Shown: piece after piece, positions 1 to 9,763 of the stretch
Position numbering within the stretch: position 1 is the stretch's first letter
Layout of the letters: the number at the start of each line of letters is the position of its first letter
Source: Candidatus Saccharimonadales bacterium
GTDB lineage: Bacteria > Patescibacteriota > Saccharimonadia > Saccharimonadales > UBA4665
Assembly (NCBI GenBank): GCA_035946175.1
Contig: DASYZQ010000008.1
Location: 1,177 to 65,176 of the forward strand
Direction of reading: 5' to 3'
DNA length: 64,000 nt
The notes under the pieces: generated by a model
What the model was told of the DNA's origin: nothing
The model's database searches: none
What the model saw: only the letters and a program-made list of their open reading frames with translations
Program-made: the position numbers and the translations under genes

Positions 1-887
1 TCAGTGGCAAGAGTAAACGGCTCAGACCGGCACTGATTATCGCTATTGCCGCCAGCCAAAAACAGAATATCACTAAAACAGTGGTCGCCGCTTGTAGTGC
101 TCTCGAGCTCGTCCATATTGCCACCCTGATCCATGACGATATTATCGACCAGAGCAATAGTCGGCGTGGCGTACCGACCATCAACAGCATAGAAGGTCCC
201 GATCAAGCTATTGTGGTTGGTGACTACCTCTTTTCCCGTGCCATAGCCCTCGCAGCTCAGATCAATAGCGAAGCTGTCAGGCTGGTAGCTACTATCATAG
301 CTGCCCTATGCGACGGCCAGAGCCGAGAATTGGTCGACAGAAACAACACTAAGCGAAGTGAAAAATCCGCCCTCAAAGCTATGCACGACAAGACAGCCAT
401 GCTGTTCGCAGCGGCGTGCGAACTCGGCGGTCTGTGCGCCAATAGTGATCAATCAACCCGCCAGGCATTCAATACCTACGGGAAAGCACTCGGCATGGCT
501 TTCCAGTGCATTGATGATGTACTGGATCTGGTATCAGCGCCCGAACTAACCGGCAAACCAACAGCTCATGACGTCCTGGAGGGAGTGTATACCCTTCCTG
601 TCATTCTGGCGCTCCGTGGACCACACCAGGCGACAGTGGAACGATATCTCACAAGCAAACAGCGTTTGTCAAAACTCACCGAGCTACTTATGCAAGATGG
701 TACCATTGCAGAAACTTTGCGGCGTGCCAAACAATACAATCAACAGGCCCAAAAGGCTATCGGCGCTATTGATCGGGACAGATCGATGATGTCACTTGCC
801 AAATTGCCGGATCACTATCTGCAATGGGCTATGCAACATCTTGTGGCTGAGGGCTACCGCACTCGGCTAGCCAAGGCAATTTCCTAG
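1..887 (+). CDS. polyprenyl diphosphate synthase family protein, 5' end off-window
   Basis: The frame of ORF 81..887 stays open to the window edge (SGKSKRLRPALI from nt 3). Both Asp-rich motifs are present: LIHDDIIDQS and FQCIDDVLD. Confidence 0.85.
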   Translation, partial: SGKSKRLRPALIIAIAASQKQNITKTVVAACSALELVHIATLIHDDIIDQSNSRRGVPTINSIEGPDQAIVVGDYLFSRAIALAAQINSEAVRLVATIIAALCDGQSRELVDRNNTKRSEKSALKAMHDKTAMLFAAACELGGLCANSDQSTRQAFNTYGKALGMAFQCIDDVLDLVSAPELTGKPTAHDVLEGVYTLPVILALRGPHQATVERYLTSKQRLSKLTELLMQDGTIAETLRRAKQYNQQAQKAIGAIDRDRSMMSLAKLPDHYLQWAMQHLVAEGYRTRLAKAIS

Positions 888-2548
888 AAATGCCGTCGAA
901 TATGGCTGAAGCTGTAATCCCAATCAGCCATGGCCTTTTTATGGGGGTTAAAGATACCTTGCGGGTCCATAATCAGCTTAACTTCACGGAAAATAGCCAG
1001 CATCTGCTTACCATACATCTTGCCCAGCCACGGTCCGCGTACCAGCCCATCATTATGTTCGCCGCTCAATGAGCCGTGATATTTGAGCACCAATGCGTTG
1101 ACTTCTCCCATCGCCGGCAGCAGTTTGGCCCGATCGCTTGGGTCCTCAAGCCGCATAAGCGGGATAATATGAAAATTGCCATCTCCCATATGCCCGGCGA
1201 CTGTAGCCAGCAGGTGATACTTCCGGATAATCTGCCGGATCTTTGGCAAAAACTCGGACAGATAGGACGGGTTTACCACCAGATCATCAATGAACGGCGC
1301 GGTGTGCTTGTCCTTAACTTTGCTTCTCAGTAAATTGAAGCTCTGCCGCCGCATCAGCCAGAATTTTTCACTTTTGCCCTCAGTGGCGTCCTCTTCGAAG
1401 CCGTTGATCTCATAACGAGCCCGGTAAACCTTGAGCTCACGGTGCAAGCCAGTGATCTTGGCCCGCACCTCTTCTTCAGTTCGACCATTGAATTCGACCA
1501 TCAGTATCAGCTTGGGGATACCGTGTAGAAGCTGCAGCCCGTCAGGGATCAAACTAATGAGCAAATGAATGAATTTCCGTAACCCCAGAGTCTTCAGGAA
1601 ACTCGGCAAAAAACGGATCGACAGCCATAGTGTGGCATCGTCAAAACTCTCAAAGGTGGCCGGATGAGACTCCAGCACCTTTGGAATGATCTCGCCGAGA
1701 CTATCCAGGTCTTTCAAAAATAGTACCAGCAGACCCGAGTGAGGACGGGCCGGTACCAAATCTAGATGAATATCCGTTACCAAACCAAGCGTACCCTGTG
1801 CTCCAACAATCAGCTTCGTCAAATCAAACACGCCGTGCTGCCGATCCCAGACATCCCACAGATTATAGCCAGTAGAGTTTTTGCTCACCTTCGGTTTTGC
1901 CGCCTTAATCTGCTCGTGGTGCTTGTCTAAAAGATCAAACAGTTTTTTATACAGTCGGCCCTCAAAATCCGGCTGGGCCATTTTCTTGACCAGCTCCCGC
2001 CGGCCGAGTGGCTTGACCGTTCGCTCGATGCCGTCGGCAAAGACAAAGCGCAGGCTACTTACATAATTTTCAGTCTTGCCGAACTCCAGCGACTTTTCGC
2101 CGCCGGAATTATTGTTAACCATACCGCCGACCGTACACAGTTCGCGCGAAGCCGGGTAGCAGGGAAGCAGGGCTTTATGCTTCAAGGTCTGCTTTTCAAA
2201 ATCTCGATACAGCACACCCGGCTGCACCTGGGCGGTCGTGGCTGAAACATCACCAATATCCGTAAAATGCCGACGGAAATCGACAATGATCGAGTCATTG
2301 ATGGCTCCGCCCGACATATCCGTACCCGCTGAACGAGCCGTCAGCGAAAGTTTGGGCATAGTCTTTTTCTTTGTCGCCGTCAGACAGACCAACAGGGCAA
2401 CGTCACGCGCATCCCGGGGGCTGACCACCAACGCCGGCTGGATCTCAAACATCGAAGCATCGTGGCTATAAAGTTCCTTGGTAGCCGAGCTGTCATCAAC
2501 CTCTCCCCGAAAACCAGACTTTATCAAGGTCTGCTTAAACTCATCCAT
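884..2548 (-). CDS. FAD-binding oxidase (GlcD / D-lactate dehydrogenase-like)
   Basis: ORF 884..2755. The N-terminal FAD-binding region and C-terminal GSLSGEHNDGLVR resemble the GlcD family. Start trimmed to ATG 2548 (MDEFKQ) because the longer form overlaps the neighbouring membrane gene. Confidence 0.8.
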   Translation of the reverse strand: MDEFKQTLIKSGFRGEVDDSSATKELYSHDASMFEIQPALVVSPRDARDVALLVCLTATKKKTMPKLSLTARSAGTDMSGGAINDSIIVDFRRHFTDIGDVSATTAQVQPGVLYRDFEKQTLKHKALLPCYPASRELCTVGGMVNNNSGGEKSLEFGKTENYVSSLRFVFADGIERTVKPLGRRELVKKMAQPDFEGRLYKKLFDLLDKHHEQIKAAKPKVSKNSTGYNLWDVWDRQHGVFDLTKLIVGAQGTLGLVTDIHLDLVPARPHSGLLVLFLKDLDSLGEIIPKVLESHPATFESFDDATLWLSIRFLPSFLKTLGLRKFIHLLISLIPDGLQLLHGIPKLILMVEFNGRTEEEVRAKITGLHRELKVYRARYEINGFEEDATEGKSEKFWLMRRQSFNLLRSKVKDKHTAPFIDDLVVNPSYLSEFLPKIRQIIRKYHLLATVAGHMGDGNFHIIPLMRLEDPSDRAKLLPAMGEVNALVLKYHGSLSGEHNDGLVRGPWLGKMYGKQMLAIFREVKLIMDPQGIFNPHKKAMADWDYSFSHIRRHF

Positions 2549-2589
2549 ACTGTTAAGCTTAAGCACTACGTGGCAGATGCGCAAGAAGG

Positions 2590-3174
2590 TTACGACCAAG
2601 CCGCATCGAACAGCCTGGAAATCAGTGGCCGGTAGATAAATACTGTCATACTCAATCCGCAGCCAATGATATACAGCTGAAACACCGATACAGCGCTGAC
2701 AGGATAAGTTATCAGGGTCAGGAAAGCCGCCCCGGCACTGGTCAGATAAAACCACGGTGACTCAGAACGGGGCTGCCGCCATGTTTTTACAAACGCCGGC
2801 ACATAGGCGGCAAAGTCGCCGACGATACCTCCCCAAACTCCAATAATAGGGTTGCTAGTAAGTGCCCAGGCAGTGATACCCAGTAGTGCAATCATAAGGC
2901 AAGCCCAATCGAGTCTGGCCCTGCCGCCTATACCCCGCCATAGGCTCAATCCAAAGATAACAATTCCCTGCAAGCAAAAAATACTCGTCAGCAGTAGCGC
3001 ACCTGGATTGCCGTGTGCGGCTACAGCTCCGACGAATGTAACTGCCAGCACAATCATAAGCGCAAACCGGGTCATCCGGTGCGGCCGAGATTTACCACGA
3101 ACAATGCTAACAATGTAGGTTATCGGGGAGATGAGCGCCAACATAAGGCTGGCAGTAACGAGAGCACCATGCAT
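2590..3174 (-). CDS. polytopic membrane protein, unknown family
   Basis: 194-aa ORF with about 6 hydrophobic segments. It lies 6 nt downstream of the preceding same-strand gene. Confidence 0.55.
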   Translation of the reverse strand: MHGALVTASLMLALISPITYIVSIVRGKSRPHRMTRFALMIVLAVTFVGAVAAHGNPGALLLTSIFCLQGIVIFGLSLWRGIGGRARLDWACLMIALLGITAWALTSNPIIGVWGGIVGDFAAYVPAFVKTWRQPRSESPWFYLTSAGAAFLTLITYPVSAVSVFQLYIIGCGLSMTVFIYRPLISRLFDAAWS

Positions 3175-3180
3175 GGAAGG

Positions 3181-4089
3181 CTACGACCCTACTTTATCCA
3201 ACGTACCCCGCTGGGCATTGTAGTCCCTGATATATGGAATAGCTGCAGCTGCAATTATCGTTATGATACCGACATCTACCACCGACCCGACATGTTCGCT
3301 GAAGAAAAGTATCCCGAACAATACTCCGAATACAATCTCGAGTAGCCCCAAGATACCGGCGACACCAGCCTCCACAAGTTTGAGGCCGGTAATGAACAAC
3401 CAGGAAGCCGCGACCGAGGCTATGGCAAAGAAAACGAGATAGAGCCACTGGGCGTACCAACCAACTGCTGGATGCTGTTCACGAAACACCGACGCCATAA
3501 ATATATTGGCTACGACCGATGTGGCCCAAAGAAACACCGTGGATTGGGTGGCGTTATATGGCAGGTGCTTAACGATAACACTATTGGATGCAATGCTCAG
3601 CCCACTTACCGCTGCCCCTACGAGAGCTAACCACCCTAAATCGGCTATGCTTGGCGTAAAAATCAAATAGAGCCCAATAAGGCCAAGCAGAGTAGCCAGC
3701 CATTTGTCCTTACTAAATCGCTCGCGAGCAAACAACCAACCGAAGAAGAACATGCCTATAACAATACCAGCATAGTTAATAGTTAAAGCTATACCAATAC
3801 CGGCATGTAAGACTGCGTAATAAAATGGCCCCCACGTAAAACATGAAGAGAATAACAGCCCAGCTACATACGGCCAGTGACGCCTCCAATTGATTGGACC
3901 GAGTTGATGCCGAGCTATGGCAACCGGAACCATGATAACCAGAACTAGAATGCTTCGTAATGCCGATGCCGTATAACCGCCAAAAAAGTTACCCATCAAT
4001 GTCGTCCAAATACCATAGCTCGCATAAAACAGTGAGGAAAGCACTATGATGCTGGCGCCAAGAGGTGCATTGAGCCTACGTTTGATCAT
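3181..4089 (-). CDS. EamA/DMT-superfamily transporter
   Basis: 302 aa with about 10 TM segments in a duplicated 5+5 arrangement typical of EamA proteins. Confidence 0.7.
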   Translation of the reverse strand: MIKRRLNAPLGASIIVLSSLFYASYGIWTTLMGNFFGGYTASALRSILVLVIMVPVAIARHQLGPINWRRHWPYVAGLLFSSCFTWGPFYYAVLHAGIGIALTINYAGIVIGMFFFGWLFARERFSKDKWLATLLGLIGLYLIFTPSIADLGWLALVGAAVSGLSIASNSVIVKHLPYNATQSTVFLWATSVVANIFMASVFREQHPAVGWYAQWLYLVFFAIASVAASWLFITGLKLVEAGVAGILGLLEIVFGVLFGILFFSEHVGSVVDVGIITIIAAAAIPYIRDYNAQRGTLDKVGS

Positions 4090-4107
4090 ACCTACATAAG
4101 AAAAGCA

Positions 4108-4446
4108 CTATTTTGCATAAGCTACCAGCAGAAATGCTGTAAGGGCCAGGAAGATACCAGCATACGCCAGAGGTGCCAGAATTTCTCGAAACAGCAGGAA
4201 GCCGAGCATATTAACCAATACCAAGCTCATTGCCGAAAAGAGCGTCATAGTGCGACTCAGATCAAGCCGCGTAAACACATACAATTGTCCGAATACCGCC
4301 GGGATGCGCACAGCAATATACAGAGCAAACCACCATGACATAAACGTGGCCATATGAAACCCGAGTTTTGGCATATTGATCCTAGCCAGAACATCACTTA
4401 TTGTGAATAGGAGCTGGCTAACAATAATAACCGCCACAAAGTTCAT
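4108..4446 (-). CDS. small 4-TM DMT/SMR-like membrane protein
   Basis: 112 aa, four hydrophobic helices, directly upstream of the EamA gene on the same strand. Confidence 0.55.
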   Translation of the reverse strand: MNFVAVIIVSQLLFTISDVLARINMPKLGFHMATFMSWWFALYIAVRIPAVFGQLYVFTRLDLSRTMTLFSAMSLVLVNMLGFLLFREILAPLAYAGIFLALTAFLLVAYAK

Positions 4447-4454
4447 CGTTATTT

Positions 4455-4479
4455 ATCATACCCTAAAGATTGCTATAAT
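4455..4479. promoter_or_regulatory. back-to-back -10 boxes for divergent, apparently leaderless genes
   Basis: Minus-strand TATGAT (4460..4455) lies 8 nt from ATG 4446. Plus-strand TATAAT (4474..4479) lies 7 nt from ATG 4487. The whole divergent spacer is 40 nt. Confidence 0.5.
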
Positions 4480-4486
4480 CATAAGC

Positions 4487-5686
4487 ATGGTGGTCCAAAA
4501 TAAACAGCGAATTCTGATCGTCGGCGGCGGCTTTGGTGGCATCAAAGCAGCTCTGGATTTATGTAAAAACAGCCGATTCGAAATCACATTACTCTCGGAC
4601 AGCCCCAATTTCCGCTATAACCCAGCGCTCTACCACACAGCCACTGGTGGAATCCGCGCCGAATCCAACATCCCGCTATTTACTATCTTCCGTGACAAGG
4701 CAGTCACACTGGCCAGAGGCAGAGCAATCAAGCTTGATCGGGCAAGCAAAACAGTTTATGACGATAAAAATAAAGCCTATTCGTACGACATCCTCATCCT
4801 GGCACTTGGCATGGTCACCAACTATTTCGGCATACATGGATTAGCCGAGTACTCATACGGCATCAAATCGATTAAAGAGGCGGAGCGTTTCAAACGCCAC
4901 ATTCACCAGCAGCTGACCAATGAGCATAAGCCGGATCTCAACTATATCATAGTTGGCGGTGGCCCCACCGGCATAGAACTTGCCGGGGCGTTGCCTGAAT
5001 ATCTGCACCGCATTGCCCAGGCCCATAGTATCAAGCACAAAGCGATTCGCATCGAACTCGTGGAAGCCAACCGCCACCTAGTACCACGGTTGCCGAAATC
5101 CACGGGCAAAGCCATTGAGCGCCAGCTGCGCCGGCTTGGTGTTACACTTATCTTGGGCAAAAAAGTAGAAGGCGAAACCGCCTCAGCGCTCATGATTGAC
5201 GGCAAACCCCTGCCCAGTCACACCGTCATTTGGACAGCAGGCATGGCCAACGCCCCGTTCTACACAGAGAACAACTTTCAGCTTAATGAGCATGGTAAGG
5301 TAGCGGTCGACCAGTACCTCCAAACAGAATCGGGTATCTTTGTACTCGGCGATAACAACAGTACTCCATATAGCGGCATGGCTCAAACCGCGATATATGA
5401 TGGACATTTTGTTGCCCAAAATCTGATACGTCAAAGCGAGCAAAAAAAGCCGAAAGCTTACAGGCCAAAAAAACCCGTCTACGTCATGCCGGCAGGGCCC
5501 AAATGGGCAGCCGTCCTATGGGGAAGATGGCAGTTTCATGGTCGCATAGGCTGGTTGCTCCGAAGCCTGGCTGACTTATGGGCTCTTCATGATGTTGAAC
5601 CGTGGTGGCAAGCGGCCGAACAGTGGATGACCGAATTCGGTACCGAAGAACAGTGTCCCACTTGCGCCACGTGGCAGGATAGTTGA
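4487..5686 (+). CDS. ndh: type II NADH dehydrogenase (NDH-2) / FAD-dependent pyridine nucleotide-disulfide oxidoreductase
   Basis: Two Rossmann motifs, ILIVGGGFGGIKAAL and YIIVGGGPTGIELAG. Start moved to ATG 4487 (MVVQNKQR), just before the first GxGxxG. Confidence 0.85.
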   Translation: MVVQNKQRILIVGGGFGGIKAALDLCKNSRFEITLLSDSPNFRYNPALYHTATGGIRAESNIPLFTIFRDKAVTLARGRAIKLDRASKTVYDDKNKAYSYDILILALGMVTNYFGIHGLAEYSYGIKSIKEAERFKRHIHQQLTNEHKPDLNYIIVGGGPTGIELAGALPEYLHRIAQAHSIKHKAIRIELVEANRHLVPRLPKSTGKAIERQLRRLGVTLILGKKVEGETASALMIDGKPLPSHTVIWTAGMANAPFYTENNFQLNEHGKVAVDQYLQTESGIFVLGDNNSTPYSGMAQTAIYDGHFVAQNLIRQSEQKKPKAYRPKKPVYVMPAGPKWAAVLWGRWQFHGRIGWLLRSLADLWALHDVEPWWQAAEQWMTEFGTEEQCPTCATWQDS

Positions 5687-5756
5687 AAAAGCCTTGGACG
5701 ACCGTGATATAGTAGCGCAAATTTACAGGTGACTGAGCGAATAAACAAGATATCAT

Positions 5757-5786
5757 CTCTAGCATAGACCAATTCGTATGCTAGAG
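5757..5786 (+). promoter_or_regulatory. perfect 10-bp inverted repeat (CTCTAGCATA-10 nt-TATGCTAGAG)
   Basis: Read directly. It lies between the NDH-2 stop (5686) and the MazG start (5826) and has no T-run, so it is a weak terminator or an operator. Confidence 0.35.
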
Positions 5787-5825
5787 TATGGACGACAACT
5801 ACGTTTAATTTAGAGAGGGGGATAC

Positions 5826-6158
5826 ATGACTTTTGACGAATACCAGAAACAAGCCCTGACAACTGCCAAAAATAACTACGACCCAATTATGGAGAAAACC
5901 ATTTGGGCTATGGGTGTTGCCGGTGAAGCAGGCGAGGTTGTAGAGAAATGGAAGAAAATAGTTGCCTATAAAGATGGCGTTGTAACAGAAGAGGACAAAG
6001 CAGAGCTGGCTAAAGAATTAGGCGACGTCGTATGGTATATAGCCGTTATGGCTCACTCACTCGGTTTATCCTTCGAGGATGTCATGCAACGCAATGTAGC
6101 CAAACTCAAAGACCGCCAAAAGCGAGGGGTGATTACCGGGCAAGGGGATAATCGGTAG
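5826..6158 (+). CDS. MazG-like nucleotide pyrophosphohydrolase
   Basis: 110 aa with a GEAGEVVEKWKK acidic motif and a second ELGDVVWY helix. SD GAGGGGGA lies upstream. Confidence 0.8.
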   Translation: MTFDEYQKQALTTAKNNYDPIMEKTIWAMGVAGEAGEVVEKWKKIVAYKDGVVTEEDKAELAKELGDVVWYIAVMAHSLGLSFEDVMQRNVAKLKDRQKRGVITGQGDNR

Positions 6159-6262
6159 CGTACCCGTACATGCCTGGCGTCCTACGTTCTCACCGAGTAT
6201 AGACAGATTGACAGCCTACTAACTACAAGCTAATAGGCCAAATATGATTGATCTCACTGGAG

Positions 6263-6778
6263 CTACAGCATTTTCTCGAGTGTATTGAGGTTACGTACCG
6301 TCGTCACCCCCTTATACTTCGGCTGCGCTAACAGTTTAGCGAACACTGTGTCAGTTGAATGACCCTTCGGCACATGCCAGTAGACCGCGTAATCACGGGC
6401 AACGATATCCTCAACATCCGTATCGATCTCGGCTCGATGCGAAGCAAGCTCGTCAGCGACCGCTTGTGATGCACACAGAACTGCATAGCGATGAGCATCC
6501 GCATCGTCAAGAAATGGATAGGCTGCTACGGTACTGCCCAGGGCATCCCTCGGATAAATAAGCACAAACGCCTCGTAGTGAAACTCCTCATGCAGAGTCT
6601 TTTCTAAAATGTGCTTGAGTTCAACTGCTGGTAGCGGAGAATCAAGCGTAATATTACCAGTCTGCACATAGGTCTGTACATCACTGACAGGCAAACTGGT
6701 CAAGCAATCCTTTAATGCGATCATAGGAACCTTGATCCCCCCAACGTTGATACCACGTAAGAATATTGCGTATTTCAT
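6263..6778 (-). CDS. DUF1697 family protein
   Basis: The N-terminus MKYAIFLRGINVGG is the family hallmark as I recall it. Confidence 0.7.
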   Translation of the reverse strand: MKYAIFLRGINVGGIKVPMIALKDCLTSLPVSDVQTYVQTGNITLDSPLPAVELKHILEKTLHEEFHYEAFVLIYPRDALGSTVAAYPFLDDADAHRYAVLCASQAVADELASHRAEIDTDVEDIVARDYAVYWHVPKGHSTDTVFAKLLAQPKYKGVTTVRNLNTLEKML

Positions 6779-6788
6779 GTAAAACGAC

Positions 6789-7253
6789 TTATTCGTCCTT
6801 TAGCTCAAGCTCCTTGGGATCAATATTGAGATGCTTGGCAATTACCTGCAATTGATGGTCAACGCTATTATCGTTGGCTATAATCTGTTGCTCAAGTATG
6901 ACGTCGTTATCCAGAGCCTGTTTTATATGCAATATCAAGGTAGTCAGCGCATCCTGGGCCCGATTGGCAGCAGCAGCAACCAAGAAACCAATAAAAAGTT
7001 CCGCAACGGTTGTTATGAGGTTCAGCGGGAAATTAAAACCTTGAGAGGTAAACCATGTTGGTAACCATGACCCGCTGGCCAGATGCGGCCCACCAAAAGC
7101 AAATATACACGTCCAGATAACGACAAGAATAAACCAGAATGCAATGTTCGGCGGTTTGCCCATCGCCTCGCTGATCCAGTTGGCAAACCTAAGAAATGTC
7201 CCCACTTCAGTGACGTCTCGTGGTTTTGGTTTGTTAGTTGTTCTTAGTGCCAT
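6789..7253 (-). CDS. low-affinity iron permease-like membrane protein
   Basis: 154 aa with two TM helices followed by an AAANRAQDAL helix, resembling the PF04120-type family. SD AAGGAG and a TATAAT lie upstream. Confidence 0.45.
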   Translation of the reverse strand: MALRTTNKPKPRDVTEVGTFLRFANWISEAMGKPPNIAFWFILVVIWTCIFAFGGPHLASGSWLPTWFTSQGFNFPLNLITTVAELFIGFLVAAAANRAQDALTTLILHIKQALDNDVILEQQIIANDNSVDHQLQVIAKHLNIDPKELELKDE

Positions 7254-7420
7254 GCTATCTCCTTGTGTACTTTCATTATAACTGGTGACATACCGATATT
7301 AAGCACAACTACTGCGGCTACATCCAGACAATAACCCCATTATTTGATAGTTTAATTTTAGCAAGTGCAGTCTTTGCGCGATTGCACGAGAAAGGATCAT
7401 GCTGATACAATTACCGTACT

Positions 7421-7669
7421 ATGAACGAAGACGTTGTCCAAGATCTGAAACAATTTATCAGTACAACTGTCTCACAACAGACTGCGTCACTGCAAGACAG
7501 CATACATTTAGATTTACAAAGACTCGACCAAAAACTTACATCACAGATAGGGGACTTATCTCATAGTGTTGCAGATGCAATCGAGACATCAAATGAAGTC
7601 AACGACCGCACCAAGACCCTCGATGATCATGAGCGTCGTATTGCCCGTCTCGAACAACGTCTTGCCTGA
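7421..7669 (+). CDS. hypothetical coiled-coil protein
   Basis: 82-aa ORF with heptad-like acidic/Gln-rich sequence. TACAAT lies 9 nt upstream of the ATG. Confidence 0.4.
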   Translation: MNEDVVQDLKQFISTTVSQQTASLQDSIHLDLQRLDQKLTSQIGDLSHSVADAIETSNEVNDRTKTLDDHERRIARLEQRLA

Positions 7670-7736
7670 GACCCTCTGCTTTTCTCACGAAAAATTGTAA
7701 CCTTTTTGCTCCAAAAACAAGCTAAACCAGGGGTGC

Positions 7737-9506
7737 TCAGAATATGATCCGGACACCACCGAGTTCATCATAATTGTAGGGGTGGTGGTTATGAATGGAG
7801 CCGATTAGGATACGGTTTTTACGGACTTTGAATTGCTTGGATATATCATCAATGACCTCAGGGCCAAACGGTTTGTCGTTGTATACCAAAGACAACTGCA
7901 ACTTCGGATAAATCCCGGCCTTCTGTAGATATGGCAGCGTCTCAGCAATCTCTTTGTAGGGATGGTCCGTCTTATCGGTGTCTTGATCCTTACAGACAAC
8001 AAGCGTCACCTTACGCCCCGTCTCATTCCGATAGATATAGTTGAGAATTCGAGATAAGCGATTTGTGTTATGAAGTAGTACCACAAACTTGCCTTGGATT
8101 AGATCATTGAATGTATGTTCAATATATCGATTAAGGAGGGGTATCTGTCGCGTTGTTCGCAGTAAAAAGCCCAAAACCGCATCTTCGTAGATCACGCATA
8201 GCACTACGATAAACGAAGGGATGAAGTACATACAGAAATAGACAAAGTTACGCGGATCCAAATAGATATTGCCAATAACTCCAATCGCGGTAGCTGAGAA
8301 GGCTAGAATGGCAAAAATAGCCGGCGCCTTGAAGCTGCGTTTTAGTTCACTCCGATTGAGCTTGAGAATGAGATTACCAAGCGCGAACGAGCTCATGACC
8401 CCCAAGAAGGCAATAGTGTAGACTCCGGCCAATGACAGCAGATTACCCTTGGTCACCAATAGGATGGAGCTACAGAGCAAGAAGAAAACCAAGACAATGT
8501 ACGGATATGAACCCCGCTTATTTTCTCGAGTCAAGATATTTGGCAGACAGGCATCGCCAGCCATCCGATGCATCAATCCGCTAACACCCACAAATGCCGT
8601 TAAGACGGCCCCCCACAGCACCACGAAGGCGTCAATACTAACCAAATACTCAAACGGTTTGCCGCCAATAACCCGGGCAGCATCTGCCAGCAGAAAGTTA
8701 TCTGCCGCTCCAACGGCGTGGAGTGACATGGTATTTAGAACAACCAGCGCTATAAGAGGATTAAAAATGGTAACACCGATCAGCATATTGCGAAGGGTTT
8801 TCCGGAACGTGCCTTTCTTTTGCTCTTCGACGAAGTTAGCTGAACTCTCAAAACCAGATACCCCCAGAAGTGATGCCGAGAAACCAAGAACCAAGGTTAT
8901 GATCAAACCCTTACTCGACACAATGCCAGACGTGTGATGCATGTTGCTGGCCAAGTATGATGCGCCACCGTGGAAGGCATAGACCGCGCCGAGAATCAAA
9001 AACGCTATGAGTGTCAGCACATGGAACGAAAAGATACCCAGAGCCACACGGGCTGAATCCTTAATACCCCCCACCACAAGCAACCCCAATACCGCCAGTA
9101 GCCCAATCGTCATCGGCATAATCGGGAACGTAAGGATACGGCTTAAGTATTCAACGCCGACGTTACCGGATAACACTGCCGTCGCCATGTAAGACAAAAT
9201 AGTCATGGTACCGGCTGTAGCCGCAAAGGTCTTGGAAGTGCCGTTGAGCAGACAGTTATAAGCCCCGCCGTTTAGAGGTAGGGCTTCGACGACTTCGGTA
9301 TATACTGCCTTATAAAGGAAAAGTACCAGACATATAAAAAGTAAAATCACCGGTGCATAAACACCGGTGAACATAATAGCAACTCCCGAAACGTAGAGTG
9401 CCGAGCTTAAAATATCATTACCACAAATCGCGGTTGCAAGAAACTGACCAAGCTTTTGACCGTGGCCACCACGGGCAATACGCCCATTTTTGGTACCTGT
9501 ACCCAT
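7737..9506 (-). CDS. APC-family amino acid/polyamine permease with C-terminal soluble domain
   Basis: 589 aa with about 12 TM segments and a soluble tail of about 140 aa. Confidence 0.75.
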   Translation of the reverse strand: MGTGTKNGRIARGGHGQKLGQFLATAICGNDILSSALYVSGVAIMFTGVYAPVILLFICLVLFLYKAVYTEVVEALPLNGGAYNCLLNGTSKTFAATAGTMTILSYMATAVLSGNVGVEYLSRILTFPIMPMTIGLLAVLGLLVVGGIKDSARVALGIFSFHVLTLIAFLILGAVYAFHGGASYLASNMHHTSGIVSSKGLIITLVLGFSASLLGVSGFESSANFVEEQKKGTFRKTLRNMLIGVTIFNPLIALVVLNTMSLHAVGAADNFLLADAARVIGGKPFEYLVSIDAFVVLWGAVLTAFVGVSGLMHRMAGDACLPNILTRENKRGSYPYIVLVFFLLCSSILLVTKGNLLSLAGVYTIAFLGVMSSFALGNLILKLNRSELKRSFKAPAIFAILAFSATAIGVIGNIYLDPRNFVYFCMYFIPSFIVVLCVIYEDAVLGFLLRTTRQIPLLNRYIEHTFNDLIQGKFVVLLHNTNRLSRILNYIYRNETGRKVTLVVCKDQDTDKTDHPYKEIAETLPYLQKAGIYPKLQLSLVYNDKPFGPEVIDDISKQFKVRKNRILIGSIHNHHPYNYDELGGVRIIF

Positions 9507-9723
9507 AATGGTTAGTTGACCTTTACTATGAATTAGGAGTTAATAAAGTTTAACGTGTGCGATTGTAGGCCTGCCAGGCCCATTCGTCAATAAGAAAATG
9601 TTTCATTTTTGTGTTGAAACATAGTCAAATACGCTGTAGCTCAAATGTCGTTAGTACTTACTTTTATCAGGAAGCCTTGGATTTAGCACTGCCGACCAGC
9701 ACGCCATGGAGTGGCTTGGGTTA

Positions 9724-9752
9724 TTGCACAGCAAGGCAACCTGGCCTATACT
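9724..9752 (+). promoter_or_regulatory. sigma70-like promoter TTGCAC-17 nt-TATACT
   Basis: Read directly. The -10 box ends 11 nt before ATG 9764. Confidence 0.45.
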
Positions 9753-9763
9753 GCTGAACACTG

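Noticed and set aside
2549-2755. 69-codon N-terminal extension of the FAD oxidase ORF (track start 2755)
   Set aside because: It overlaps the 3' end of the 2590..3174 membrane gene and has no homology-like sequence. The conserved domain begins right after ATG 2548.
4376-4486. N-terminal extension of the NDH-2 ORF
   Set aside because: It overlaps the divergent gene's start. The Rossmann fold begins immediately after ATG 4487, which has a TATAAT 7 nt upstream.
8449-8937. Long antisense or alternative-frame ORFs (for example 8449..8937, 13979..14335, 23626..24030, 41787..42113, 48452..48880, 56485..56856, 63124..63465)
   Set aside because: These are shadow ORFs inside strongly supported genes on the opposite strand or in another frame. 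They have biased Arg/Ser/Pro composition and no start signals.
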